Source: Bryobacterales bacterium (GTDB lineage Bacteria; Acidobacteriota; Terriglobia; Bryobacterales; UBA6623). From it: a stretch of 64,000 nucleotides of DNA. Position numbers and translations under genes: made by a program. Below the pieces are notes generated by a model. The model saw only the letters and a list, made by a program, of their open reading frames with translations. It was not told the origin of the DNA and ran no database searches. Positions 9,698 to 18,233 of this stretch are shown here, piece by piece. The stretch lies in assembly GCA_965218615.1 (NCBI GenBank), contig CBDCLH010000008.1:497846-561845 (forward strand), in the 5' to 3' direction. Every line of letters begins with the position of its first letter. The first letter of the stretch is position 1.

Positions 9698-10645
9698 ATG
9701 ATCGGCGTTTCTTCGGCTATGCCCACACCTCCGGAAGTCTCTGTCGTCATCCCGGTTCGCAACGAAGAGGGGACCGTGGCGGAACTGGCGCGGTGTTTGC
9801 GAGACACGCTGCCGCAGGCTCACGAGATCCTGTTTGTGGATGACGGCAGCAGCGACCGCACATGGCCGCGCCTCGTGCGGATCCACGAACCCGGCCGCGT
9901 GCGCCTGGTCAAGCTTCGCGCTCCGTACGGCAAGTCCGCTGCTCTGATGGCCGGCTTCGCCCGCTCGCGCGGGGCGATCGTCTTGACTCTCGACGGTGAT
10001 CTGCAAGACGATCCGGCTGAAATCCCGGCCTTTCTGGGCAAGCTTGAACAGGGCTACGACCTCGTGACAGGCTGGAAGAAGACACGGCGCGATCCCCTCC
10101 ACAAGGTAGCGGCCTCGCGGCTGTTCAACTTTCTGATGCGGCGCGTGACCGGCATCCCTCTGCACGACATGAACTGCGGATTCAAGTGCTTCCGCGGGGA
10201 GCTGGCGAGATCTCTTCGCCTCTATGGGGACCAGCACCGCTTCATTCCCGTCTTCGCGGTGCATCAGGGCTACCGCGTCGGCGAAATCGAGGTGCGCCAC
10301 CATCCACGCCGGCACGGCCGCTCGAAATATGGCTTCAGCCGTCTTTTCAAGGGCGTCCTCGACCTGGGCGCCGTCCTCCTGCGGACGCGTTTCCACGGCC
10401 GACCAGCGCACGCCTTCGGCCTCGCGGCGTGCGCCTTCCTGCTGGGCTCGGCCGTGCTGTTGGCGCTTTCCGCACCCCGCTTGCTGCCCCCGGCGCTCGC
10501 CGCGCTGGCCTTGCCGCTGGGTGTCGTGCTGGGCGGCGGCGCGTTCGTCTTCTTGGCGGCCGGCTGGCTTGCTGAAATTTGGCTCGACAGCGCTCCGCAC
10601 GAGGCATCGGCCTGCGCCCCTAGCGTCGAGGAAGCCCGTGACTAG
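9698..10645 (+). CDS. Glycosyltransferase family 2 (polyprenol-phosphate sugar transferase, DPM1/ArnC-like) with C-terminal TM helices
   Basis: VSVVIPVRNEEGTV..ILFVDDGSSDRT..GKSAALMAGF..VLTLDGDLQDDP..HDMNCGFKCFR..GDQHRFIP. The start could be ATG 9698 or TTG 9674. Confidence 0.85.
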   Translation: MIGVSSAMPTPPEVSVVIPVRNEEGTVAELARCLRDTLPQAHEILFVDDGSSDRTWPRLVRIHEPGRVRLVKLRAPYGKSAALMAGFARSRGAIVLTLDGDLQDDPAEIPAFLGKLEQGYDLVTGWKKTRRDPLHKVAASRLFNFLMRRVTGIPLHDMNCGFKCFRGELARSLRLYGDQHRFIPVFAVHQGYRVGEIEVRHHPRRHGRSKYGFSRLFKGVLDLGAVLLRTRFHGRPAHAFGLAACAFLLGSAVLLALSAPRLLPPALAALALPLGVVLGGGAFVFLAAGWLAEIWLDSAPHEASACAPSVEEARD

Positions 10646-11558
10646 GTGGGTCCTCCCGACCGTCAAAGTTGCCGTTCCGCTGATCCTGGCCTTCTTCATC
10701 GGCCGCATGATCTACGGCCACTGGCAACAGGTCCGCGCGGAGCCATGGCGGCTGGACGCCGCCTGGCTCGCGCTCTCGTTCGCCTTGGCGGCGGCCTGGT
10801 ATCTGCTCCGGCCCTTGGGCTGGACCCTGCTGATCCGGGGATTCGGCCATGACGTGCCCTACTGGGGAATCTACCGCGTCTACCGCCAATCGGAACTGAG
10901 CCGCTACGTGCCGGGTGGCGTCTGGCAGTTCGCGAGCCGGATCTACCTGACCCGGCGTTACGGAGTCGGAGCGCCCGCGTGCCTGGCGGCGACGGCGCTC
11001 GACATGGTGCTCGCCGCGCTCGCCGCCCTGGTTCCAGCGGCATGGCTGGCGGGCTCGGCCTCGACATCGCTCGGCGCCTGGCAAAGAGCCGCCCTACTCG
11101 CCTTCCCGTTGCTGACCTGCACGATGGTCTACCCGCGCGTCCTCAACGTTTGGGCGGAACCCCTCGCCCGCCTCCTCCGGCAGCCCTACCGACGGCTCGA
11201 GACCGGCGCCGTGCAGATCTTCGGGATCTGGGCCATCTACGTGGCGACCTGGATCCTTCTTGCGTTCGCCATGGCCGCCTTCGCGAGGGCGTTGCTGCCC
11301 GACATCGGAGGCAGTCAACTCGCCTACATCGGAGGGTGCTACGCCCTGGCCTGGCTGGCTGCTCTGCTCACGATGGTTGCCCCTGCCGGCGTCGGGATCC
11401 GCGAAGGCATCCTCGGGCTGCTGCTGGGCCAGACGGTGGCCGCAGGCACGGCGATGACGCTGGCGGTCGCCATGCGCCTCTGGATCGTGTGCATGGAGAT
11501 CGTCTGGTTCGCGGCCGGAACTCGAATGCCCCGGAAAGACCCGGAAAGCGCGGACTAG
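10638..11558 (+). CDS. Flippase-like / lysylphosphatidylglycerol-synthase TM-region family membrane protein (UPF0104-like)
   Basis: Polytopic membrane protein with ..SELSRYVPGGVWQFASRIYL..VAPAGVGIREGILGLLL. GTG at 10638 overlaps the GT2 stop by 8 nt. Confidence 0.7.
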   Translation: MTRWVLPTVKVAVPLILAFFIGRMIYGHWQQVRAEPWRLDAAWLALSFALAAAWYLLRPLGWTLLIRGFGHDVPYWGIYRVYRQSELSRYVPGGVWQFASRIYLTRRYGVGAPACLAATALDMVLAALAALVPAAWLAGSASTSLGAWQRAALLAFPLLTCTMVYPRVLNVWAEPLARLLRQPYRRLETGAVQIFGIWAIYVATWILLAFAMAAFARALLPDIGGSQLAYIGGCYALAWLAALLTMVAPAGVGIREGILGLLLGQTVAAGTAMTLAVAMRLWIVCMEIVWFAAGTRMPRKDPESAD

Positions 11559-12196
11559 AGTTCCCGCACGGCGATGTTGCGGAATCTGTGCTCCAGGCCG
11601 GGAGCGCAGCGCTCGCCGCCGTGGACCTGGACGGCGATGCTGCCTCGCATCGCGCCCCGTGGGAGACGGTTCTCGGTGTCCTGAAAGTCGACGATCCGAG
11701 CGCCATTCAGCGACACTTCGATGCGGGGAGCCTCGCCGCGGATGCGCACCCGGAGCGCGTTCCAATCGTCCCTGTTCCAGACCGTCTCCCAGCCCTCCGA
11801 AGGCTGGATCTCGAGGCCCGGCAGCCCTTCCCCGTAGATGCCACCGACGTTGCCGCCCTCCAGGTAGTCCAGCATCACCTGGTAGGCTTGGCCGCTGCCG
11901 CTGGAGCGCAGGAACAGGCCGCCCTCGCAGCCGAAGTCCGGCTTGATCTCCAGATAGACCTCAAAGTCCTCGAAGGATTCGTCCGTCAGCAGGATGCCGC
12001 CGTTGCCTTCCCGGTCCTGCTGGCCCACCAGGGCGCCCTCGTAGACGCGCCACTCCTTCGTGTCCCCGTGATGGTTCGTCAGACTCATATGCCAACCGGC
12101 CAGATTGCGGCCGTTGAAGATCGGGCGGAAGCCATCCGGCGCCTGCGCTGCGAGAAGGCAGGGAAGGAAAACCAGGAAGAGCCGTCGAGTCTGCAT
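11555..12196 (-). CDS. DUF1080 (3-keto-disaccharide hydrolase-like) secreted protein
   Basis: Signal MQTRRLFLVFLPCLLAAQA, then FRPIFNGRNLAGWH..W.VYEGALVG..ILLTDESFEDFEVYLEIK..NGGIY..LRVRIRG..VSLNG..IAVQVHG..FRNIAVREL. Confidence 0.8.
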   Translation of the reverse strand: MQTRRLFLVFLPCLLAAQAPDGFRPIFNGRNLAGWHMSLTNHHGDTKEWRVYEGALVGQQDREGNGGILLTDESFEDFEVYLEIKPDFGCEGGLFLRSSGSGQAYQVMLDYLEGGNVGGIYGEGLPGLEIQPSEGWETVWNRDDWNALRVRIRGEAPRIEVSLNGARIVDFQDTENRLPRGAMRGSIAVQVHGGERCAPGLEHRFRNIAVREL

Positions 12197-12288
12197 GCCG
12201 GAGCGAACCGTTCCGGTCAGGGTAGCACGGCCTGTTCCGGTTGTCTGGCTGCCCAGGATGGGCGAAATATCTGCTACGCTCTCCCCGT

Positions 12289-13533
12289 ATGGCCACGGAC
12301 GCAACGAGACGCCAGTTTCTGGGCGGCATCGCGACCGCGTCGGCGCTGGCCGCACGCCCGCCAGGGGTGCGCGCCGCCGACGCGGGCGAAGGGTACTGGC
12401 AACAGGTTCGCGAACAGTTCCCTTTTCGGGAAGAGCGGGTGCCGATGAACGCGGCGAATCTGTGCCCTTCACCCCAGATGGTCGCGGAAACGGTCACGGA
12501 GTTGACCCACTCGATCGACGTCGACTGCTCGTTTCAGAATCGTGCGCGCTTCGGGCGCGATCGCGAGACAGCGCGCACGCTGCTGGCGGGCCAGTTAGGC
12601 GCCGATGCGGATGAACTCGCGCTGGTTCGCAATACGAGCGAAGCGAACAACATCATCAACAACGGACTCGACCTCGGAGCCGACGACGAAGTCGTGATCT
12701 GGGATCAGAACCACCCGACCAACCACGTCGCCTGGACCGTGCGGGCCCAGCGGCGGGGATTCGTGGTGCAGGCTGTGACCGTTCCGACCCACCCTTCCGG
12801 TCCGGACGAGTTGATCCAGCCGTTTCGCCGCGCGCTCACGCCGAGGACCCGTGTGCTGGCGCTGACCCACGCGTCGAACATCAGCGGCATTCTGCTGCCG
12901 GTTCGCGATCTGTGCGAGATCGCCCACCGCTCGGGAATCCACGTCCACGTCGACGGCGCCCAGACCTGGGGGGCGCTCCAAGTCGATCTGCACGAACTCA
13001 GCTGTGACTCCTACGCCGCCAGCGCGCACAAGTGGTTCTGTGGACCGAAGGAGGTCGGCCTGCTCTACGTCCGCCGTGAACGGATCCGCGACATCTGGCC
13101 CAATACCGTAGCCCCGGGATGGGGCTCGACTGCGGACACGGAACTCGTGGGCGCCCGGAAGTTCGAGTCGATGGGACAAAGGGACGACGCCGCCCTCAGC
13201 GCACTCGGCGGAAGTGCGGAGTTCCACGCGTCGATTGGGAAGGCGCGGGTCGAAGCGCGGGTCCGGGAACTCGCTGCCCTGCTCAAGCAGTCTCTGCTTG
13301 CGGTCGGGGCCACGCTCGTCACACCGACGGAGCAGGCTCTGAGCGCAGGCGTGTGCATCGTGAATGTGCCGCCCGCGCAACGCCAGACGCTATTCGACGC
13401 AATGTACGAGGAATTCGGCATCGCGGGTTCGACAGCCGGAGGCTTCCGACTGTGCCCGCATATCTACAATACGCGCGAGCACGTCGAGAGGGCGGTGCGG
13501 GGCCTCGAGAAGCAGCGCAGCCTGTGGGCCTGA
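12289..13533 (+). CDS. Class V aminotransferase / cysteine-desulfurase-fold PLP enzyme with TAT signal
   Basis: MATDATRRQFLGGIATASALAA signal, ..MNAANLCPSP..RNTSEANN..HASNISG..HVDGAQ..SAHKWFCGPKEVG (PLP Lys). Confidence 0.8.
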   Translation: MATDATRRQFLGGIATASALAARPPGVRAADAGEGYWQQVREQFPFREERVPMNAANLCPSPQMVAETVTELTHSIDVDCSFQNRARFGRDRETARTLLAGQLGADADELALVRNTSEANNIINNGLDLGADDEVVIWDQNHPTNHVAWTVRAQRRGFVVQAVTVPTHPSGPDELIQPFRRALTPRTRVLALTHASNISGILLPVRDLCEIAHRSGIHVHVDGAQTWGALQVDLHELSCDSYAASAHKWFCGPKEVGLLYVRRERIRDIWPNTVAPGWGSTADTELVGARKFESMGQRDDAALSALGGSAEFHASIGKARVEARVRELAALLKQSLLAVGATLVTPTEQALSAGVCIVNVPPAQRQTLFDAMYEEFGIAGSTAGGFRLCPHIYNTREHVERAVRGLEKQRSLWA

Positions 13534-13641
13534 GGATCGACGAGCTGCAAGACTCTCCCGGGCTGTCCCGGGCGTCCAGACCGAGTGTCCTCTCAGAGGC
13601 GGCTCGAAGCGATGGAGCTTGACGTCGGCCGGCCGCGCCGG

Positions 13642-14242
13642 CAATGGCATTCGTATACATAAAGTCGGCAGATGTCCCGTGAGTGAAGCGATAAACCATC
13701 AGTTTTCAATAGAATACGCCCCCACAAGTTTTTTCTCCCGAAGCGCTTAACTTTCGCACCCCGGTTTGTCATCGTAGGTACGGAATACTGGCAAACCCTC
13801 TAGGGACCCGCTGATCGAGAACCTCAAGGCCACGACGCACGCCATGTGCAGGTACCTGCGGGCACAGGTCGCCCATTGCGGCCTGATTCTCATCACCAGG
13901 CTGTTCCCCAAGCACCGCGAGCAGAGATTCCGGCCCGGGCCCGGCCTGGCCGGCACCGCAGGCGGACTGCAGAAGCAGCCTGAGCAGCGTTCCGCGGCAC
14001 TTGGAATGGTTGTTTTCGGAGCACACGGCCACTGTGGGCCGGACTATCACCGGATCTTCGCCAGGATCGCCGGGTGCCGCCACAGATGGCACCCGCAACG
14101 CTCCTTCCGGAACCCCGCCCGCAACTGGAGGTCAGGTAAGGCAACCGCAACCGCAGCCTGAAGCGAGACAACCGGCCCGATACGCCGGAATTCCCCTTGC
14201 CCGCTTAAACGAATGCTGCAAAACGCTAAACGAATGCCATTG
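13642..14242. repeat. 13-bp inverted repeat pair plus an adjacent direct repeat sharing the core ACGAATGC
   Basis: CAATGGCATTCGT at 13642-13654 is the exact reverse complement of ACGAATGCCATTG at 14230-14242. TAAACGAATGC occurs twice in direct orientation, at 14206-14216 and 14227-14237 (21-nt period). Confidence 0.6.
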
Positions 14243-14547
14243 GCCGCGCCGAGGTGGGCCGGGCCTCGTGGGAGTGCGCCGGATCTGGTCGCTTTCCAAG
14301 AGAACTCGCGTGCGTCCCCTCGCCCGTCTCTCGAGGCGCAGACCCGGATGGAACTCCCGCCCTGGCTACACGAGGAGCGTGTCGAGAAGCCAAGGATCCA
14401 CGCACGAGACGGATGCGAATCGCGCCGATGGACTGCCTTCCACGCTCCACCTCGGCGCACCGCAGCGTGCGCCACCCCGCCGGCCGCGGCCGCGTATACT
14501 TGTCCACTGCGGCCGCCCGTGGCCGCCGCGAGAAAGGGTTCCAAACG

Positions 14548-14880
14548 ATGACCGGGTACTATCATGAAGACGACTTGCCGCGTTTCGCCGAGGTGGGCGC
14601 AGACGCTCCTGGACTGTGGCAGAGATTCAACGCTTGGTACGGCGCGGTGTTCGAAGCCGGTGCGCTGAGCGAACGAGAGAAGAGCCTGATTGCTTTAGCG
14701 GTGGCGCATGCCGTGCAGTGCCCCTACTGCATCGACGCCTACACGCAGAGCTGTCTTGAGAAGGGATCGAATCTGGAGCAGATGACGGAAGCCGTGCATG
14801 TCGCCTCGGCGATCAGGGGCGGAGCGGCCCTGGCGCACGGCCTGCAGATGCGAAACACAGCCGCCAGAATCAGCATCTAA
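14548..14880 (+). CDS. AhpD/carboxymuconolactone-decarboxylase-fold protein (arsenosugar biosynthesis-associated peroxidase-like type)
   Basis: MTGYYHEDDLPRFAE..REKSLIALAVAHAVQCPYCIDAYT (CxxC)..AIRGGAALAHG. RBS GAGAAAGGG precedes ATG 14548. Confidence 0.8.
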   Translation: MTGYYHEDDLPRFAEVGADAPGLWQRFNAWYGAVFEAGALSEREKSLIALAVAHAVQCPYCIDAYTQSCLEKGSNLEQMTEAVHVASAIRGGAALAHGLQMRNTAARISI

Positions 14881-14886
14881 CGGACC

Positions 14887-15936
14887 GTGGGACAAACTCT
14901 CCGAGCAGCGCAGCACCCTCTGGCTTCGCCACAGCAGCAGTTGCGGGTCCTCAACAACGGTGCGTCGCAGCGCCCGATCAAGCGGTTCGAGGACTCGCTG
15001 GCTGACTCCGGTCTCGAGCCGCTGCAGGCCCGTGCAATCGATGTCGTCCAGGTCAATGTGGGCAAGCTTTGCAATCAGACCTGCAAGCACTGCCATGTCG
15101 ATGCCGGCCCGGACCGCACCGAGGAGAACATGTCTCGCGAGACATTGCAGCACTGCCTCGACGCCATTCGGGGCATCGGCCGGCCGCAAGTCGACCTCAC
15201 CGGGGGCGCCCCGGAACTCCACCCCCATTTCCGCTGGTTTGTCAAACAGGTCCGCGCCCTCGGCTGCCATGTCATCGACCGCTGCAACCTGACTGTCCTG
15301 CGGCTGAGGCCGCAGCGCGGGCTCGCGCAGTTCCTCGCGGATCAGCGAGTCGAGGTCGTCGCTAGCTTGCCTTATTTTCTCGACCGGCGCACCGACGCCC
15401 AGCGCGGCGACGGTGTCTTCGACAAGTCCATCGAAGCCCTGCGCATGCTGAACGCGCTCGGATACGGTCGCGCGGGCAGCGGCCTGAGTCTCAACCTTGT
15501 CTACAATCCTACCGGCGCGTTTCTACCGCCCGCTCAAGCGGCTCTGGAAGCGGACTTTCGGCGCGAACTGCGAACCCGCCACGGAATCGAGTTCAACGCG
15601 CTCTTCACGATGACTAATATGCCCATCAGCCGCTTCCTGGAGTTCCTGCTGCGCAGCGGCAACTACCAGCGGTACATGGAGAAGCTGACCAACGCCTTCA
15701 ATCCAGCGGCTGCGGCGGGTTTGATGTGCCGGACGATGGTCTCGGTAGGATGGGACGGCAGGCTCTACGATTGCGACTTTAACCAGATGCTAGACCTCGA
15801 GCTGGGATTCGGGGCCCCGCGCCATATCCGCGAATTCGACCCCACGAAGCTGTCGAACCGCCGGATCGTCAGCGGTCAGCACTGCTACGGCTGCACCGCG
15901 GGCGCCGGATCGAGTTGCGGGGGCGCGACCGCCTGA
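14887..15936 (+). CDS. arsS: Radical SAM / Cys-rich C-terminus protein, ArsS (arsenosugar biosynthesis) type
   Basis: VQVNVGKLCNQTCKHCHVDAGP (CxxxCxxC)..DLTGGAPELHP..VASLPYF..LNLVYNP..TNMPI..VGWDGRLYDCDFNQ..GQHCYGCTAGAGSSCGGA. GTG start lies 6 nt after the previous stop. Confidence 0.8.
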   Translation: MGQTLRAAQHPLASPQQQLRVLNNGASQRPIKRFEDSLADSGLEPLQARAIDVVQVNVGKLCNQTCKHCHVDAGPDRTEENMSRETLQHCLDAIRGIGRPQVDLTGGAPELHPHFRWFVKQVRALGCHVIDRCNLTVLRLRPQRGLAQFLADQRVEVVASLPYFLDRRTDAQRGDGVFDKSIEALRMLNALGYGRAGSGLSLNLVYNPTGAFLPPAQAALEADFRRELRTRHGIEFNALFTMTNMPISRFLEFLLRSGNYQRYMEKLTNAFNPAAAAGLMCRTMVSVGWDGRLYDCDFNQMLDLELGFGAPRHIREFDPTKLSNRRIVSGQHCYGCTAGAGSSCGGATA

Positions 15937-16046
15937 GTGTGGGTTCAGCCGAGCCTCGCCAGCCAGTTCTTGGCGTCAGAGCGTGATGTACACTGAGTAC
16001 ACTTCGTCCTCGGCTCCTGGAAGCCGCTAGTCAGAAAGAACCCGCT

Positions 16047-16751
16047 ATGCCGATCAAGATCGTCCTTTTGCTCGTCGCGCCGTTGGCGCTGATGCTGCTG
16101 ACCCATTGCGGTGGGACCGAGCCTCCATCCGAATCCGCGCCCCCCGAGCCTCTGGAAGAAGTCGAAGCGCCTCCCGCGCCGGAACCCGAGCCCGAGCCGG
16201 AAGCGAAGGCCGAACCCGAACCCGAACCCGCACCGCCGCCCGAGCCTGCAGGGCCGCCCAAGGTGCGCATGGAAACCACCCAGGGCGCGATAGTTCTCGA
16301 ACTCTACCCGGATCGGGCGCCGGAAACCGTCGAGAATTTCCTGCAGTACGTCGACGACGAATTCTACGACGGGACGATCTTCCACCGCGTGATCCCGAAC
16401 TTCATGATCCAAGGCGGCGGCTTTACAACCGGCATGAGCGAGAAGAGCACGCGGACGGCGATCCAGAACGAATCCGACAACGCTCTCTCGAACCTGCGTT
16501 ACACGGTCGCGATGGCGCGCACGACGGATCCGCACAGCGCCACGGCGCAGTTCTTCATCAACCACGCCACCAACCAGGGGCTCGACAAGAGTCAGGCCCG
16601 CGACGGTTGGGGCTACTGCGTCTTCGGCAAGGTGGTCGAGGGAGCCGAGGTGGTTAACGCCATTGCCCAAGTCAAGACCGGCAACAAGGGCATGTACCAG
16701 AACGTCCCCAGCACGCCCGTCGTGATCCGCAGCGTCCGCCGGGCCGGTTGA
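16047..16751 (+). CDS. Cyclophilin-type peptidyl-prolyl cis-trans isomerase, lipoprotein-like with Pro/Glu linker
   Basis: Signal ends LLTHC, followed by an EP-rich linker. Core: [72 protein letters not shown]. Confidence 0.9.
   Translation: MPIKIVLLLVAPLALMLLTHCGGTEPPSESAPPEPLEEVEAPPAPEPEPEPEAKAEPEPEPAPPPEPAGPPKVRMETTQGAIVLELYPDRAPETVENFLQYVDDEFYDGTIFHRVIPNFMIQGGGFTTGMSEKSTRTAIQNESDNALSNLRYTVAMARTTDPHSATAQFFINHATNQGLDKSQARDGWGYCVFGKVVEGAEVVNAIAQVKTGNKGMYQNVPSTPVVIRSVRRAG
16119..16259 (+). repeat. Low-complexity Glu/Pro (EP) coding repeat in the PPIase linker
   Basis: ..gaacccgagcccgagccggaagcgaaggccgaacccgaacccgaacccgca.. encodes [35 protein letters not shown]. Confidence 0.8.
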
Positions 16752-16827
16752 CGCTCCGCGAGCCGCCAGTCGCACGCCAGCGCCGCACGCCAAGTCGAAT
16801 TCGTCCAGCGAGAGCCGCGAGTCGCGC

Positions 16828-18087
16828 TCAGTCGCGGGGCTGGCGGGGCAAGAGCGCGATGGCCAGCGCGCCCAGGGCGGCCAGCCCGAATACGGCCCAA
16901 AGCGCCTGCGCGTACCCGCTCATCCTCGCCGCCAGCGAGGCGATGAAGCGTGGATTCCAGAACTGCGCAATCGTGTCGCTCGGCAGAATCGCGGACATCG
17001 CCTTGCCCAGCGAAGCCAAGCCGAACTGGTCCGCCGCCATCAGCGGGATCAGCATGTAATCGGCGCCCATCGCCAGTCCGAACACGACGGCGAACAGGTA
17101 CACCATGTTGGGCTGGTCCGGCGTGACCAGGAAGAGCAGCGGGATCGCCAGGGCGACGATCACATAGGTGGCGAGCATCACGTATTTGCGGGGCAGCCGG
17201 TCCGCAAGCCACCCCGCCAGCAGGCGGCCCGCGATGCTCGAAACCAGGTAGGTGAACGAGGCATCCCTCCAGATCGCGTTCCTGGTCGCCTGGTCCGTGA
17301 AACCCTGCTCCTCGTAGACGAACTTCATCAGGAAGTTCACCGACGCGATGGAGCCAATCGAGGCCGCGCTGCCAAGCAGCAGCAACCAGAACGCGCTTCG
17401 GCTGCACAGGTCACCGAAGGTCTTGGGAACTTCCTTCTTCTCGGCTGGCTGCAGTGTGACATCGGCCTCCGCATGCGCTTCGCCCGTGTCCCCGTCGGGC
17501 TGCTGGCCCATGTCCTCCGGTCTGTCTCGGATTACGAAAAATGCCAGCGGCCAGGCGATGACCATCAAGAAGCCCATCGTCCGCAAGGCTTCGGTGTAGT
17601 GCATGATGCTCGAGAGATATTGAGTGAGCAGATTGCAGAGTGCGCCGACGACCGCCACACCCACGTAGGTAATGCCCATCGCCGTGCCGCGCCGCCGCCT
17701 GTACCAGTTCGAAATGATGATCTGGTGCGGAATGGGTCCCGAAAGGAAGTACCCGGCCATGTAGAGGCACCAAGCTGCGTAGTACTCGTACTCATTGCCG
17801 CTGAGCCGCCCAAACCACTGAAAAGAGAGGAACGTCAGGAAGGTCCCAATCAGGATCAACTTGCGCGGAGAAACCTTCGGCACGATCACCGGACCGATCC
17901 AGATCGTCAGGAGCACGGCGATCGGCGCCCCGGTCGTCACCAGAACCTGAGTCCACGAGTGCCCGTCACGGAAATAGTCGAAAAAGAACGAAATGTTGTA
18001 GTAGGGAAAGCCCGTGGACAGGCCGAATGTCACGAAGCAGCAGGCGATGATCCAGGGTCCAAAGAACGACTTCCGCGATAAATCCAT
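16828..18087 (-). CDS. MFS transporter
   Basis: About 12 TM segments with a central hydrophilic loop (RDRPEDMGQQPDGD..). MFS-like motifs are RRRRGTAMGI and GRLLAGWLADRLPRK. ATG at 18087 is preferred. Confidence 0.8.
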   Translation of the reverse strand: MDLSRKSFFGPWIIACCFVTFGLSTGFPYYNISFFFDYFRDGHSWTQVLVTTGAPIAVLLTIWIGPVIVPKVSPRKLILIGTFLTFLSFQWFGRLSGNEYEYYAAWCLYMAGYFLSGPIPHQIIISNWYRRRRGTAMGITYVGVAVVGALCNLLTQYLSSIMHYTEALRTMGFLMVIAWPLAFFVIRDRPEDMGQQPDGDTGEAHAEADVTLQPAEKKEVPKTFGDLCSRSAFWLLLLGSAASIGSIASVNFLMKFVYEEQGFTDQATRNAIWRDASFTYLVSSIAGRLLAGWLADRLPRKYVMLATYVIVALAIPLLFLVTPDQPNMVYLFAVVFGLAMGADYMLIPLMAADQFGLASLGKAMSAILPSDTIAQFWNPRFIASLAARMSGYAQALWAVFGLAALGALAIALLPRQPRD

Positions 18088-18233
18088 GCTGTGTATCCTT
18101 CCCAACTGAAACAGACAGTGTACCCGACGCGCGCGGCGTGCGGAGGGTCCTCCGCCAAGCAGTATGCTGAAGAGAAGAAGATTGCTGTCCGGCGGCCAAG
18201 GCTGCGCCAGGCAGCCCTTTCGAGTTCTCAGGG

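Noticed and set aside
13425-13433. GGGTTCGAC T-loop-like strings (also ~26730, ~23040) as hints of tRNA genes
   Set aside because: All lie inside well-supported CDSs and lack acceptor or anticodon stem context. No tRNA can be supported anywhere in the window.
13557-13572. CCCGGGctgtCCCGGG hairpin after the aminotransferase gene as an intrinsic terminator
   Set aside because: It has a 6-bp GC stem only and no downstream U-tract, which is insufficient to call. No convincing intrinsic terminator was found elsewhere either.
13769-14098. 109-aa minus-strand ORF in the 1-kb gap as a possible ArsR-type regulator of the arsenosugar genes
   Set aside because: I could not align an ArsR wHTH (..C.C.L...LG.SQ..VSHHL..L..AGL..) in any of the three frames. 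The sequence is low quality and equally open on the opposite strand.
16119-16259. gaacccgaacccgaaccc tandem array as a non-coding microsatellite or CRISPR-like repeat
   Set aside because: It is in frame inside the cyclophilin lipoprotein gene and encodes an EP-rich linker. There is no spacer/repeat architecture.
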